Source: Gammaproteobacteria bacterium (GTDB taxonomy: Bacteria; Pseudomonadota; Gammaproteobacteria; UBA6002). From it: a DNA stretch of 64,000 nucleotides. A program made the position numbers and the translations under genes. Below the pieces are notes generated by a model that ran no database searches, was not told the DNA's origin, and saw only the letters and a program-made list of their open reading frames with translations. The DNA lies in the NCBI GenBank assembly GCA_020050845.1, contig JAGVJZ010000027.1:3331-67330 (forward strand). Direction: 5' to 3'. Below, in pieces: positions 18,488 through 28,837 of this stretch (position 1 is the stretch's first letter; every line of letters starts with the position of its first letter).

Positions 18488-19081
18488 CTAAAAAGCTTCT
18501 CGAAATTTCTTCAAAAACTGCTTCAACGCTTGTCCACGATGACTAATTTCATTTTTAACTTCTGGTGATAATTCCGCAGCGCTGCAGCCTCGTTCTTCAT
18601 CTAAAAAAATGGGGTCATAGCCAAAGCCATGAATGCCTCGTGGCTCTGATAAAATTTTGCCATGCCAAATGCCTTCGCAAATAATTGGACACGGATCCTC
18701 TGTAGAACGAAGAAACACTAAGCAGCAATAAAAGAATGCTTGGCGCTGATTCTCAGGGACTTCTTTCATATTTTCAAGAAGCTTAATAATGTTTTGATGG
18801 AAAGAAACATTTTGACCTGCATAACGTGCAGAATAAATTCCAGGACTACCATTTAAAGCAGCTACCACAAGACCCGAATCATCGGCGATTGCTGGTAAAT
18901 TAGTGTGCTTAGTTGCATGACGTGCTTTTTTAAGTGCATTTTCAATAAAGGTAACACCATCTTCAACGATATCGGAAACACCGAGTACTTTTTGTGGAAT
19001 AATTTCAATCTTTTCGCCAGATAATATGCTATTTATTTCTCTAATTTTTCCTTCGTTATGGCTAGCTATTACAATCTTCAT
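18488..19081 (-). CDS. rdgB: dITP/XTP pyrophosphatase
   Basis: SHNEGK, ADDSGL, GFGYDPIF, KNEISHRG. Confidence 0.96.
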   Translation of the reverse strand: MKIVIASHNEGKIREINSILSGEKIEIIPQKVLGVSDIVEDGVTFIENALKKARHATKHTNLPAIADDSGLVVAALNGSPGIYSARYAGQNVSFHQNIIKLLENMKEVPENQRQAFFYCCLVFLRSTEDPCPIICEGIWHGKILSEPRGIHGFGYDPIFLDEERGCSAAELSPEVKNEISHRGQALKQFLKKFREAF

Positions 19082-19901
19082 TATTTATACCTTTTGCTCC
19101 AGTTGTTACACGTTCGATGTTGTTATAATCTTTGATCGTTTTAACATCTTGATAATAATTTTGTTTCATGAGACTACAGACTTGACTACCTTGATTGTAT
19201 CCATGTTCCAATAATAATTGTCCGTTTTCTTTCAAATAAGCAAGTGCATCTTTGATAATTATTTTAATATCGTCTAAGCCATCTTCTCCAGATACCAGTG
19301 CAGATTGTGGTTCAAAGTTAAGCTCTGTTAAGTGTGGATCATTCGCTGCAATATAAGGCGGATTAGAAATAATAATATCGAATTCGATAGCGGGCACATT
19401 TTGAAACCAATTTGACTCATAAAGCTTTAAGTTTTTAATCTGGTGACGATCAGCATTTTTTTGAGCTATGGCTAATGCATCTTTCGAAATATCTGTGCCA
19501 ATGATTTGCCATTGCGGACGTTCATGCGCGATAGCGATAGCAACTGCGCCACTGCCTACCCCCAGCTCAAGGATGTTGACATTCTGTTTTGTACTTAACT
19601 CTTCTAATGTGAGCTGTACTAACAACTCTGATTCGGGTCGAGGTATTAAGGTATGTTGATTAACTTCAAAGTCCAAAGACCAAAATTCTTTACAGCCTGT
19701 AATATAAGCTATGGGCAAACCTTGTTTTCTTTTTTCAATTTGGCGTTGGTATTCTTGCCATAAGAATGGTTTGAGCTCTTCTTCCTGATGAGCATAAAGA
19801 TAGCTACGCGCTATATTTACTACGTGGCAAAAAATTATTTCGGCTTCAAAACGATTGCTAAGAATATCTGAACCATAATTAATCGCTTCTTGAAAAGTCA
19901 T
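19062..19901 (-). CDS. prmC: Release factor glutamine methyltransferase
   Basis: LIPRPESE, LELGVGSG, SNPPY; follows prfA. Confidence 0.96.
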   Translation of the reverse strand: MTFQEAINYGSDILSNRFEAEIIFCHVVNIARSYLYAHQEEELKPFLWQEYQRQIEKRKQGLPIAYITGCKEFWSLDFEVNQHTLIPRPESELLVQLTLEELSTKQNVNILELGVGSGAVAIAIAHERPQWQIIGTDISKDALAIAQKNADRHQIKNLKLYESNWFQNVPAIEFDIIISNPPYIAANDPHLTELNFEPQSALVSGEDGLDDIKIIIKDALAYLKENGQLLLEHGYNQGSQVCSLMKQNYYQDVKTIKDYNNIERVTTGAKGINNEDCNS

Positions 19902-19907
19902 GCAAAA

Positions 19908-20993
19908 TTATGACTCCGCTAAGCTGGCTAGTAGATCTGCTTGATGTTCGTTCATTAATGGTTCAATAACAGACTCAAGATTGCCTTCCATGACTTCCTC
20001 AAGCTTATATAACGTTAAATTTATTCGGTGATCAGTGATTCGACCTTGTGGGAAATTATAAGTTCTTATTCGTTCGGAACGATCGCCGGTACCAACTAAA
20101 TTACGTCGAGTTTCAGCTTGTTCTTTTTGTTGTTTGGAACGTTCTTGATCTAATAATTTAGCAGCAAGTAATGACATTGCTCGTGCGCGGTTTTTATGTT
20201 GCGATCTTTCATCCTGGCACTCAACAACTATACCGGTCGGCAAGTGAGTAATACGAATTGCCGAATCAGTTTTATTGACGTGCTGCCCCCCCGCTCCTGA
20301 TGCTCGGTAGGTATCAACTTTTAATTCAGCTGGATTGATGTTGACCTCGTCAACTTCTTCAATCTCTGGCATTACTGCGACCGTACAAGTAGAAGTATGA
20401 ATTCGTCCTTGAGACTCCGTTGCAGGGACTCGTTGCACTCGATGGGCACCTGACTCAAATTTTAATTTCGAATAAACATTATTACCGATAATCCGACTAA
20501 TAACTTCCTTAAAACCACCATGTTCACCCTGGTGCTCAGAAATGATCTCAACACGCCAACCCATTTGTTCTGCAAATCGAGAATACATACGAAATAAATC
20601 GCCAGCGAAAATAGATGCTTCATCACCCCCAGCACCACCGCGAATTTCCAAAAATATATTCCGATCATCTTCTGGATCGGGTGGAATCAACAATTTATGC
20701 AGCTGTATTTCAATCTGTTCTTGTTTGGGGTAAAGATTTTCTAACTCTTCTGAAGCCAGCGCTTGTAGTTCTGGATCGCTTTCGTCTTGTAGGACTAAGG
20801 CGGATTGTATGGCTTCTTCATTGTTCTGATATGATTTATAGCATTCTACTAGAGGCTCTAGATGTGAGTACTCTTTAGAGAGGTCTCGAAAGCGATTTTG
20901 ATCATTAATAATGCCAGGATCATTGAGTAATAAACTTACTTCTTGATAACGCTCGATGAGACTTTGTAATTTTCTTTGTATAGTATCTTTCAT
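19908..20993 (-). CDS. prfA: Peptide chain release factor 1
   Basis: PAT stop-recognition motif, GGQ motif. Confidence 0.98.
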   Translation of the reverse strand: MKDTIQRKLQSLIERYQEVSLLLNDPGIINDQNRFRDLSKEYSHLEPLVECYKSYQNNEEAIQSALVLQDESDPELQALASEELENLYPKQEQIEIQLHKLLIPPDPEDDRNIFLEIRGGAGGDEASIFAGDLFRMYSRFAEQMGWRVEIISEHQGEHGGFKEVISRIIGNNVYSKLKFESGAHRVQRVPATESQGRIHTSTCTVAVMPEIEEVDEVNINPAELKVDTYRASGAGGQHVNKTDSAIRITHLPTGIVVECQDERSQHKNRARAMSLLAAKLLDQERSKQQKEQAETRRNLVGTGDRSERIRTYNFPQGRITDHRINLTLYKLEEVMEGNLESVIEPLMNEHQADLLASLAES

Positions 20994-21058
20994 AGTTTCA
21001 ATTACTTAGTAGTATTTTGGCCCTTACTTAACTATAACTCATTTTTATAGCGTAGCCA

Positions 21059-22294
21059 TCACAAATCTAACAGATAGCGAGCATAGGAGAGCAATTCAAC
21101 ACGTCCATCAAATGCTGCTTCCTTCATTTTGGTGGTTGGGCCATGAGTAATTTTGTTGCAGATCTGGCTAGCGAGTTGTTTAATGATTTCAGTAGCATCT
21201 GAGTTTCCATTGGCCAAGCGATGGAGAGCCTGTTCTAGTTCTTTGGCGCATAGTAGTTCGATTTGAGAGCGGTAATCTTTGATCATTGCATTAGCATCAT
21301 GCGCCTTAAGGTTTTTAATAAAGTAACTGGCTTGTAATTCAATCAACTTTTCTGCTTGTTGTGCTGCCGCCTCACGACACTGACGATTGTCGTCCATGAT
21401 TGATTTAAGATCATCGATGTTATAGAGATAAACATCTTCAAAGTTGCCTACCTCAGGCTCGATGTCTCGTGGGACAGCTAAATCTACCATAAAGATGGGG
21501 CGATGTTTTCTTGCTTTAATAGCACTTTCCACGGTGCTTCTAGTGAGAATCGGTTGGTCGCTGGAGGTTCCACAAATGACAATATCAGAATCTTTCAAAT
21601 AGACGTCGATGTCACTCAGTGGAATCAGATGACCATCGAGCCGGCTAGCTAGATTTTCTCCTTTGGAAGCCGATCGTGTTGCGATGATGAAACGCTTGAC
21701 GCCACTACTTTGCAGATGCAAGCCTGCAAGTTCCATAATTTCTCCTGCGCCCACCAGTAAGACATTGCGCCTGGATAAATCACTAAAAATTCGCTTTGCC
21801 AATGTAGTGGCTGCAAAACCTAACGTAATGGGATTAGCTCCAATTGCAGTATCCGTTCGAACTTGTTTAGTCACATTAAAAACGGTTTGAAAGAGTTTTT
21901 GGAGATGAGACCCAATAGATCCAACCTCTAGAGCCATTGTGAAAGCATGCTTCATTTGGCCAAGGATTTGCGGTTCTCCTAAAACCATGGAATCTAAACC
22001 ACTTGCTACCCGCATGATATGAGAGACAGCTTGTTTTTCAGTAAATGAGTACCAATGAGGTTCGAGCTTCAAATTGAGATGACTTTGCAACCATTGGCGG
22101 AATGAATCAGGTTCGGATGTTTTGCTATAGATTTCAACGCGGTTACAAGTTGATAAAACCATCGCTTCATGAGCAGATTGCGAATGAATGAGCTCTTTTA
22201 AAAACCACTGCGCACGTTCTGTAGTGAAAGAAAATTGTTCGCGCAGTTCCAGTGGCGCAGTTAAATGACTAATTCCACAAGCTAGTAAAGTCAT
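21059..22294 (-). CDS. hemA: Glutamyl-tRNA reductase
   Basis: LSTCNRVE, SGLDSMVLGEPQILGQ, DLAVPRD; hemA-prfA-prmC order. Confidence 0.97.
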   Translation of the reverse strand: MTLLACGISHLTAPLELREQFSFTTERAQWFLKELIHSQSAHEAMVLSTCNRVEIYSKTSEPDSFRQWLQSHLNLKLEPHWYSFTEKQAVSHIMRVASGLDSMVLGEPQILGQMKHAFTMALEVGSIGSHLQKLFQTVFNVTKQVRTDTAIGANPITLGFAATTLAKRIFSDLSRRNVLLVGAGEIMELAGLHLQSSGVKRFIIATRSASKGENLASRLDGHLIPLSDIDVYLKDSDIVICGTSSDQPILTRSTVESAIKARKHRPIFMVDLAVPRDIEPEVGNFEDVYLYNIDDLKSIMDDNRQCREAAAQQAEKLIELQASYFIKNLKAHDANAMIKDYRSQIELLCAKELEQALHRLANGNSDATEIIKQLASQICNKITHGPTTKMKEAAFDGRVELLSYARYLLDL

Positions 22295-22368
22295 ACCGAT
22301 ATAGGCACTCTTTGAGGGTTTTTAAGCGATTATAATGTTAAGAAAATGAAATTCCAGTAAATTCGCAG

Positions 22369-22398
22369 CCTGGGTTCCACTGCGTTTTACCAGGCCAT
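22369..22398. repeat. Degenerate REP-like unit (CCTGGG...CCAGGC family)
   Basis: CCTGGGTTCCACTGCGTTTTACCAGGCC resembles the right arm of the 30459-30511 element; lies after the glmS stop. Confidence 0.45.
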
Positions 22399-22409
22399 GG
22401 CGAAAATAG

Positions 22410-24239
22410 TTATTCCACAGTTACCGATTTAGCTAAGTTCCTAGGTTGGTCAACATCCGTGCCTTTCAATACTGCCACGTGATAAGCCAATAATTGTAAT
22501 GGGATAGTATATATTAGCGGCGTAAGTTCATTACACACTTTTGGCATGTTTATAACATGAGTGTGAGAGTTGGAGCTAATATTAGAAGCTTGATCGGCAA
22601 AAATGATCAGTTCCCCCCCTCTGGCTTCAACCTCACAAAGATTCGATTTGACTTTTTCTAGCAATTCATCATTGGGTGCAACGGCAATCACTGGCATTTC
22701 TTTATCAACTAGTGCTAGCGGTCCATGTTTTAATTCACCCGCTGGATAAGCTTCGGCATGGATATAGGAAATTTCTTTGAGTTTAAGTGCTCCTTCCATA
22801 GCAACAGGATAATGTAGCCCGCGTCCTAAGAATAAAGCATGCTGTTTATGGATAAATTTTTGGGCAAGCACTCTAATTTGTTCATCTAAAGCCAATACTT
22901 GTTCTGCAAAAGCGGGTAAGTAACGAAGATTTTCAATGAAATATCGTTCTCGATCGTGGGTAATTGCCCGGTGATGTCCGAAAAATAAGGTTAGTAAAAA
23001 CAGACTGATCAATTGAGTCGTGAAAGCTTTAGTGGATGCTACCCCAATTTCTACGCCAGCTCGCGTTAGCATGACCAGATCCGACTCTCGTACTAGGGCA
23101 CTTTGAGCAACATTGCAAATTCCTAGTGTGAGGCGATGACCATTGAGCTTCGCTTGACGCAGTGAAGCGAGTGTGTCGGCTGTTTCGCCCGACTGTGAAA
23201 TCGTCACAAATAACGAGTTAGGTTCAACCACAGAATGTCGATATCGATTTTCACTGGCAATTTCGACTTGGCAGGGAATGCCAGCGAGACTTTCAAGCCA
23301 GTTTTGACCAATCATTCCGGCATGGTAGCTAGTTCCGCAGGCAACAATTTTAATACGTTCGATGGTTTTAAGTTGCTCAAACCCTTCGCCAAAGTTTTGT
23401 ACCAATAACTTCTCATTGTCGATTAAGTCATTAAAGGTGTCTCGAATGGCATGAGGTTGTTCGAAAATTTCCTTTAACATGAAATGGCGAAAAGAGCCTC
23501 GATCACTGGCATCTTGTAAGTTAGTTAAAGTCTGAACATTTCGTTTGACTTCATTACCATTGAGGTCATAAATCACTAAGTTGTCTTGCGAGATTGAGGC
23601 AATATCTCCCTCTTCAAGGTAGATAAATTGTTGCGTCACAGGAGATAGGGCTAATGGATCTGAGGCAAAAAAATGTTCTTTTATACCAATGCCGATCACC
23701 AAAGGGCAGCCACTACGCACAGCAATTAGATGATTTGGCTCGTCTTGCGCTAAAATACCCAGTGCATAAGCACCTCGAAATTTTTTAACGGCACTTTGCA
23801 CCGCAGCTAGCAAATTTTTCTTTTCTAAATAGTTTTTATGGATTATGTGGGTCGCAACTTCGGTATCTGTTTCTGAACTGAAGGTATACCCTTCTCCTAG
23901 CAACTCGGCGCGTAGAGATTCATAGTTTTCAATGATCCCATTATGTACAACGGCGACCAAATCATGCGAAAGGTGGGGGTGGGCATTCGTTTCCGAAGGT
24001 TTACCGTGGGTGGCCCAACGAGTATGGGCAATGCCGACATTGCCATAAATTGGCTCTTGAAGAAGCCGATCAGTGAGTTCGGATACTTTCCCTAGAGCGC
24101 GTAATCGTTGCAGTTCGCCATTAGCTTTAAGCACTACTAATCCGGCAGAGTCGTAACCGCGGTACTCTAATCTTCGGAGTCCCTCGACTAAAATAGGAGA
24201 AACATCTCTCTGTGCAATTGCACCTACTATCCCACACAT
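22410..24239 (-). CDS. glmS: Glutamine--fructose-6-phosphate aminotransferase
   Basis: True start MCGIVG at 24239 (catalytic Cys1, GAGG RBS), 609 aa; LEYRGYDS, HTRWATHG, PRNLAKSVTVE. Confidence 0.98.
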   Translation of the reverse strand: MCGIVGAIAQRDVSPILVEGLRRLEYRGYDSAGLVVLKANGELQRLRALGKVSELTDRLLQEPIYGNVGIAHTRWATHGKPSETNAHPHLSHDLVAVVHNGIIENYESLRAELLGEGYTFSSETDTEVATHIIHKNYLEKKNLLAAVQSAVKKFRGAYALGILAQDEPNHLIAVRSGCPLVIGIGIKEHFFASDPLALSPVTQQFIYLEEGDIASISQDNLVIYDLNGNEVKRNVQTLTNLQDASDRGSFRHFMLKEIFEQPHAIRDTFNDLIDNEKLLVQNFGEGFEQLKTIERIKIVACGTSYHAGMIGQNWLESLAGIPCQVEIASENRYRHSVVEPNSLFVTISQSGETADTLASLRQAKLNGHRLTLGICNVAQSALVRESDLVMLTRAGVEIGVASTKAFTTQLISLFLLTLFFGHHRAITHDRERYFIENLRYLPAFAEQVLALDEQIRVLAQKFIHKQHALFLGRGLHYPVAMEGALKLKEISYIHAEAYPAGELKHGPLALVDKEMPVIAVAPNDELLEKVKSNLCEVEARGGELIIFADQASNISSNSHTHVINMPKVCNELTPLIYTIPLQLLAYHVAVLKGTDVDQPRNLAKSVTVE

Positions 24240-24275
24240 TTTTAAAACCTCTGCTTTTTCTTCATAATGAAGTTT

Positions 24276-24404
24276 CCAGCTATCCCCGCTAAACACGGGA
24301 ATGGCTTCCTTAATTATATATGCGTCGCGAAAAAATAAATTTTTCGCTAGCAATTAGGGGGAGAATTAGCATTCTCCCCCTAATAACCCCCATCGCTCTA
24401 AAGT
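24276..24404. repeat. Dispersed structured element, copy 1 (upstream of glmS)
   Basis: 24320-24397 matches 47495-47572 at 77/78 nt; 14-bp and 8-bp stems plus a third CCCGC/CGGGAA hairpin. Confidence 0.9.
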
Positions 24405-24507
24405 TTCATCAGGAACCACTGATGAAGTTTTGATTCTTCCATACTAATAACGTAATATCTTTCTGATAAAAAAACCAGTCTCATTCGCAATTATTAGGTG
24501 CTTTTTT

Positions 24508-26541
24508 ATGCAAATTGAAGATTCCATCGTCGAACAATCCATTCAGAAAAATTCAAAACGTCTTACTCTAGCGAATGCAATACGAGCGTTGGCAATGGAT
24601 GCAGTTCAAAAGGCAAATTCGGGGCATCCAGGGATGCCTATGGGTATGGCTGATATTGCTGAAGTTTTGTGGAATGATTATTTAGTACATAACCCTTGCG
24701 ATCCAACCTGGGTTAACCGTGACCGTTTTATCTTGTCAAATGGTCATGGTGCAATGTTACATTATGCTTTGCTTCACCTGAGTGGTTACGATCTTAATAT
24801 TGAAGATCTCAAACAATTTCGCCAATTACATTCTAAAACTCCCGGTCACCCTGAATTTGGAATTACTCCCGGCGTCGAAACAACCACCGGTCCCTTAGGT
24901 CAGGGTATAGCGAATTCAGTTGGGATGGCGATAGCCGAAAAGAGATTAGCAGCAGAATTTAATCGCCCCTCATTCAACTTGATTGATCATTACACCTATG
25001 TTTTTGTTGGTGATGGTTGCTTAATGGAGGGTATCTCCCATGAAGTATGTTCCCTAGCGGGGTCGTTAGCTTTAAATAAATTGATTGCCTTTTATGACGA
25101 TAATGGGATCTCAATTGATGGCGAGGTGAGCGGCTGGTTTGGAGACGATACACCTGCCAGATTTCGAGCTTACGGTTGGCATGTCATTGCAAACGTAAAC
25201 GGCCATGATGCCAGCGCGATAGCGCTAGCTATTTCAGAAGCGAAAAAAATCACTGACAAGCCCACTCTGATCTGCTGTAAAACGGTTATTGGCTATGGTG
25301 CTCCAAATGCAGCTGGAAGCGCTGACTGTCATGGCGCGCCACTAGGTAATCAGGAAATTGCTGCCACTCGCGAGCAGCTAGGATGGCATCACTTACCTTT
25401 CGAAATCCCTCAAGACATTTATACCCAATGGGATGCGCGTGCCAAGGGACAAGCTGCACAACAAAGTTGGCAAGATAAATTTAAAGAGTACGAGCAAGCG
25501 TATCCAGAACTTGCTAAGGAATTAGAACGTCGGCTTGCTAAAAAATTACCCGATAATTGGGCGACAGAAAGCAATAATTTCATCTCAAAAGTTAAAGTAA
25601 ATCCTACTGAAATGGCGACTCGAAAAGCGTCCAAACTTTGCCTAGATGCTTATGGACCGATTCTTCCAGAACTATTTGGTGGCTCTGCCGATTTAACGGG
25701 ATCAAATTTAACTTTATTTGATTCAGCTAAAGCTTTTACAGCAACAGAACCGGCCGGTAATTACCTTTATTATGGTGTCCGAGAATTTGGAATGTTTGCA
25801 ATTATGAATGGTATGGCGTTACACGGTGGTTTCATTCCTTATGCTGGTACCTTCTTGACATTCGTTGATTATGGTAAAAATGCGGTTCGTTTAAGCGCGC
25901 TGATGCAGGCTCATACCATTTTTGTGTTGACTCATGATTCAATTGGTTTGGGGGAAGATGGGCCAACTCATCAACCAATCGAACAGATTGCGATGCTACG
26001 TTTAATCCCAGGATTGCACGTTTGGCGTCCTGCTAATGAACTAGAAACGGCCGTTGCTTGGCAACATTCTATAGAGCACCATGTCCCTTCGTGTTTACTC
26101 TTAACGCGTCAAAATGTGCCTACAGCAAAACCAACTGAGGTTGCGGATATCCAGCGTGGTGGTTATATTGTGTTAGATTCGATACAACAACCCGTTTTAA
26201 TTCTGATTGCGACCGGTTCGGAAGTTGCTATCGCATTGGCAGCCGCTGAAAAATTACAGCAAGAAGGAATAGCGGTTCGGGTGGTTTCAATGCCTTGTGT
26301 CGAACTTTTCGAACAGCAATCTGAAAGTTATCGAAACTCCGTGTTACCTAAGGAAATTTCCCGACGAATCGTCATCGAAGCGGGTGCAACCGCGACTTGG
26401 TACAAATACGTTGGCTTCTTAGGCAAAGTAATCGGAATCGACCGTTTTGGTGAATCTGCACCTTATAAAGCTGTTTACCAAGAGTTGAAAATTACAGTTG
26501 AGCATCTTATCGAGTCAGCTCACACCATTCTTAACGATTAA
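24508..26541 (+). CDS. tkt: Transketolase
   Basis: [26 protein letters not shown]. Confidence 0.98.
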   Translation: MQIEDSIVEQSIQKNSKRLTLANAIRALAMDAVQKANSGHPGMPMGMADIAEVLWNDYLVHNPCDPTWVNRDRFILSNGHGAMLHYALLHLSGYDLNIEDLKQFRQLHSKTPGHPEFGITPGVETTTGPLGQGIANSVGMAIAEKRLAAEFNRPSFNLIDHYTYVFVGDGCLMEGISHEVCSLAGSLALNKLIAFYDDNGISIDGEVSGWFGDDTPARFRAYGWHVIANVNGHDASAIALAISEAKKITDKPTLICCKTVIGYGAPNAAGSADCHGAPLGNQEIAATREQLGWHHLPFEIPQDIYTQWDARAKGQAAQQSWQDKFKEYEQAYPELAKELERRLAKKLPDNWATESNNFISKVKVNPTEMATRKASKLCLDAYGPILPELFGGSADLTGSNLTLFDSAKAFTATEPAGNYLYYGVREFGMFAIMNGMALHGGFIPYAGTFLTFVDYGKNAVRLSALMQAHTIFVLTHDSIGLGEDGPTHQPIEQIAMLRLIPGLHVWRPANELETAVAWQHSIEHHVPSCLLLTRQNVPTAKPTEVADIQRGGYIVLDSIQQPVLILIATGSEVAIALAAAEKLQQEGIAVRVVSMPCVELFEQQSESYRNSVLPKEISRRIVIEAGATATWYKYVGFLGKVIGIDRFGESAPYKAVYQELKITVEHLIESAHTILND

Positions 26542-26552
26542 CAAACAATAAA

Positions 26553-26628
26553 GACGTCTGCGTGAAGCGTAGTTTTATGCGGATGATGAGTATCTTTTCC
26601 GTATTTCGCTACGCTTCATACGGGTTAC
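26553..26628. repeat. Inverted REP-like pair between tkt and gap
   Basis: TGAAGCGTAG / CTACGCTTCA complementarity; right unit reads GTAACCCGTATGAAGCGTAGCGAAATACGG on the minus strand. Confidence 0.6.
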
Positions 26629-26644
26629 TGATGGAAGGGGAATA

Positions 26645-27655
26645 ATGGCTATCAAATTGGCAATAAATGGTTATGGTCGTATTGGTCGCAACATTTTGCG
26701 TGCTTTATATGAAGGCGATCACATTAACGATATGCAAATTGTGGCAATTAATGATTTAGGTGACGTTAACACCAATGTTCATCTAACTCGTTATGACAGT
26801 GTTCATGGTAAATTTCCTGGCGAAGTTTCTGTGCAAGACAATCACATGGTAGTGAATGGCGATAAGATAAAAGTTTTTTCCGAAAAAGATCCAACTAAGC
26901 TCCCTTGGGGTGAGTTAGGCATTGACATTGTTTTGGAATGCACCGGATTTTTTGATAGTCGTGAGAAGGCATCTGCCCATATTAAAGCCGGGGCTAAGAA
27001 GGTGATAATCTCTGCGCCAGCCGGTAAAGAGGTAGACGCTACTATTGTTTATGGCGTGAACCAAAACACCTTAAAGTCAGATTTCACAGTAATCTCTAAC
27101 GCTTCTTGCACAACCAATTGTTTGGCGCCGTTAGTCAAACCACTCAATGAAAAGATTGGTATTGAGAATGGTTTAATGACCACGGTTCATGCATACACCA
27201 ATGATCAGAAACTGATTGATGTTTATCACTCAGATTTAAGAAGAGCTCGTTCAGCCACGGCTTCTATGATACCGGCTAAGACTGGAGCTGCTGCGGCAGT
27301 TGGGTTAGTACTCCCAGAAATGGCAGGCAAGCTGGATGGTTTTGCAATGCGTGTTCCTACTATGAATGTTTCAGTAGTGGATTTAACCTTCGAAGCTTCA
27401 CGTGACACCTCTGTTGACGAGGTCAACAGTGTCCTAAAAGCAGCGTCGGAAGGCGAATTGAAAGGTGTCCTTGCTTATAATGAAGATCCTCTTGTCTCCA
27501 TTGATTTTAATCATAATCCTGCCTCCTCCATCTTTGATGCAACATTGACCAAGGTTATTGGCAAAACGGTCAAGATCTTGTCTTGGTATGATAACTAATG
27601 GGGTTTTTCAAACAGAATGTTAGATACCGCTGCGGCTTGGATGGCTGCTAAATGA
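26645..27655 (+). CDS. gap: Glyceraldehyde-3-phosphate dehydrogenase with premature in-frame TAA at 27596-27598 (nonsense allele or sequence error)
   Basis: [19 protein letters not shown]; ...[23 protein letters not shown], natural TGA at 27653-27655 overlapping the pgk ATG. Confidence 0.95.
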
Positions 27656-28821
27656 TCAAAATGATTGATCTTGATTTAACAAGAAAGCGGGTATTAATCC
27701 GCGCTGATCTTAATGTACCGGTAGAAAATGGAACCATTACTAGTACGACTCGTATCGAAGCAATTTTACCGACCTTAAAAATAGCATTGGATCAAGATGC
27801 AGCCATTATACTTATGTCTCACTTAGGCAGGCCTAAAGAGGGCGAGATTGATCCAAAGTTCTCATTGCAACCAGTTGCAGCCTGTCTAAGTAAGTACTTG
27901 GGCCGCCCCGTGCCACTAGTGACCGAGCATAGCAACGTTAATGTTAAACCCGGTGAAATTGTGTTGTTGGAAAATACCCGCTTTCTTAAAGGCGAAAAAA
28001 ATAATGCCCCTTCATTAAGCAAACAGCTTGCAAACCTTTGTGATATTTTTGTCATGGACGCTTTTGCAACGGCCCATCGGAAAGAAGCATCAACCTATGG
28101 CGTTGCGGAATATGCTCCTTTCGCTTGCGCGGGTCCCTTGATTGTCTCTGAACTTGAGGCGTTGGGACATGTATTAAGAGAACCAGAAAGACCGTTAGTG
28201 GCTGTAGTCGGGGGCTCAAAAGTCTCAACTAAGTTAGCGATACTCAACGAAATATTGACCCAGGTGGATTGTTTAATTGTAGGGGGTGGCATTGCCAACA
28301 CTTTCTTAGCGGCAGCGGGCCTTCCGGTAGGAAGTAGCCTGTATGAACATGATTTAATTCCGGATGCTCAAGCAATGTTGAGTTTTGCTAAAGCGCACCA
28401 CAAGCAAATTCCTTTGCCGGAAGATGTGTTGGTAGCCACTGAGTTTTCAGCTGGGGCAAAAGCAGTTGTTAAAAAAGTTGAGGATGTTGCTCATAATGAG
28501 ATGATTTTGGATGTGGGTCCAAAAACTGCGAACCATATTAAACAAATTATCGAAAAAGCTGGCACAGTAATATGGAATGGTCCCCTGGGTGTTTTTGAAT
28601 TTGAAAATTTTGGAGAAGGCACTCGTGTTTTGTCCGAAGCTATTGCGCGCAGTGAAGCTTTCTCAGTAGCGGGTGGTGGCGATACCTTGGCGGCGATTGA
28701 AAAATATGACGTTGCTGATGAGATTTCCTACATTTCAACCGGGGGTGGAGCTTTTCTTGAACTATTAGAAGGAAAGACTTTGCCAGCTATTGATATACTA
28801 GAAAAAAGATCAGCCATCTGA
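27652..28821 (+). CDS. pgk: Phosphoglycerate kinase
   Basis: [31 protein letters not shown]. Confidence 0.98.
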   Translation: MIKMIDLDLTRKRVLIRADLNVPVENGTITSTTRIEAILPTLKIALDQDAAIILMSHLGRPKEGEIDPKFSLQPVAACLSKYLGRPVPLVTEHSNVNVKPGEIVLLENTRFLKGEKNNAPSLSKQLANLCDIFVMDAFATAHRKEASTYGVAEYAPFACAGPLIVSELEALGHVLREPERPLVAVVGGSKVSTKLAILNEILTQVDCLIVGGGIANTFLAAAGLPVGSSLYEHDLIPDAQAMLSFAKAHHKQIPLPEDVLVATEFSAGAKAVVKKVEDVAHNEMILDVGPKTANHIKQIIEKAGTVIWNGPLGVFEFENFGEGTRVLSEAIARSEAFSVAGGGDTLAAIEKYDVADEISYISTGGGAFLELLEGKTLPAIDILEKRSAI

Positions 28822-28837
28822 TTCTTAAGGTTATTTC

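Noticed and set aside
24240..24400. glmS ribozyme upstream of glmS
   Set aside because: No resemblance to the ribozyme core that I can recognise, and the sequence is duplicated in the trp operon; the ORF-track N-terminal extension to 24353 is also rejected because GlmS needs Cys at the N-terminus
27596..27598. Genome-wide reassignment of TAA to Glu
   Set aside because: Many genes here end normally at TAA (e.g. topA, tkt, hslU) and an intact RF1 with the PAT motif is present
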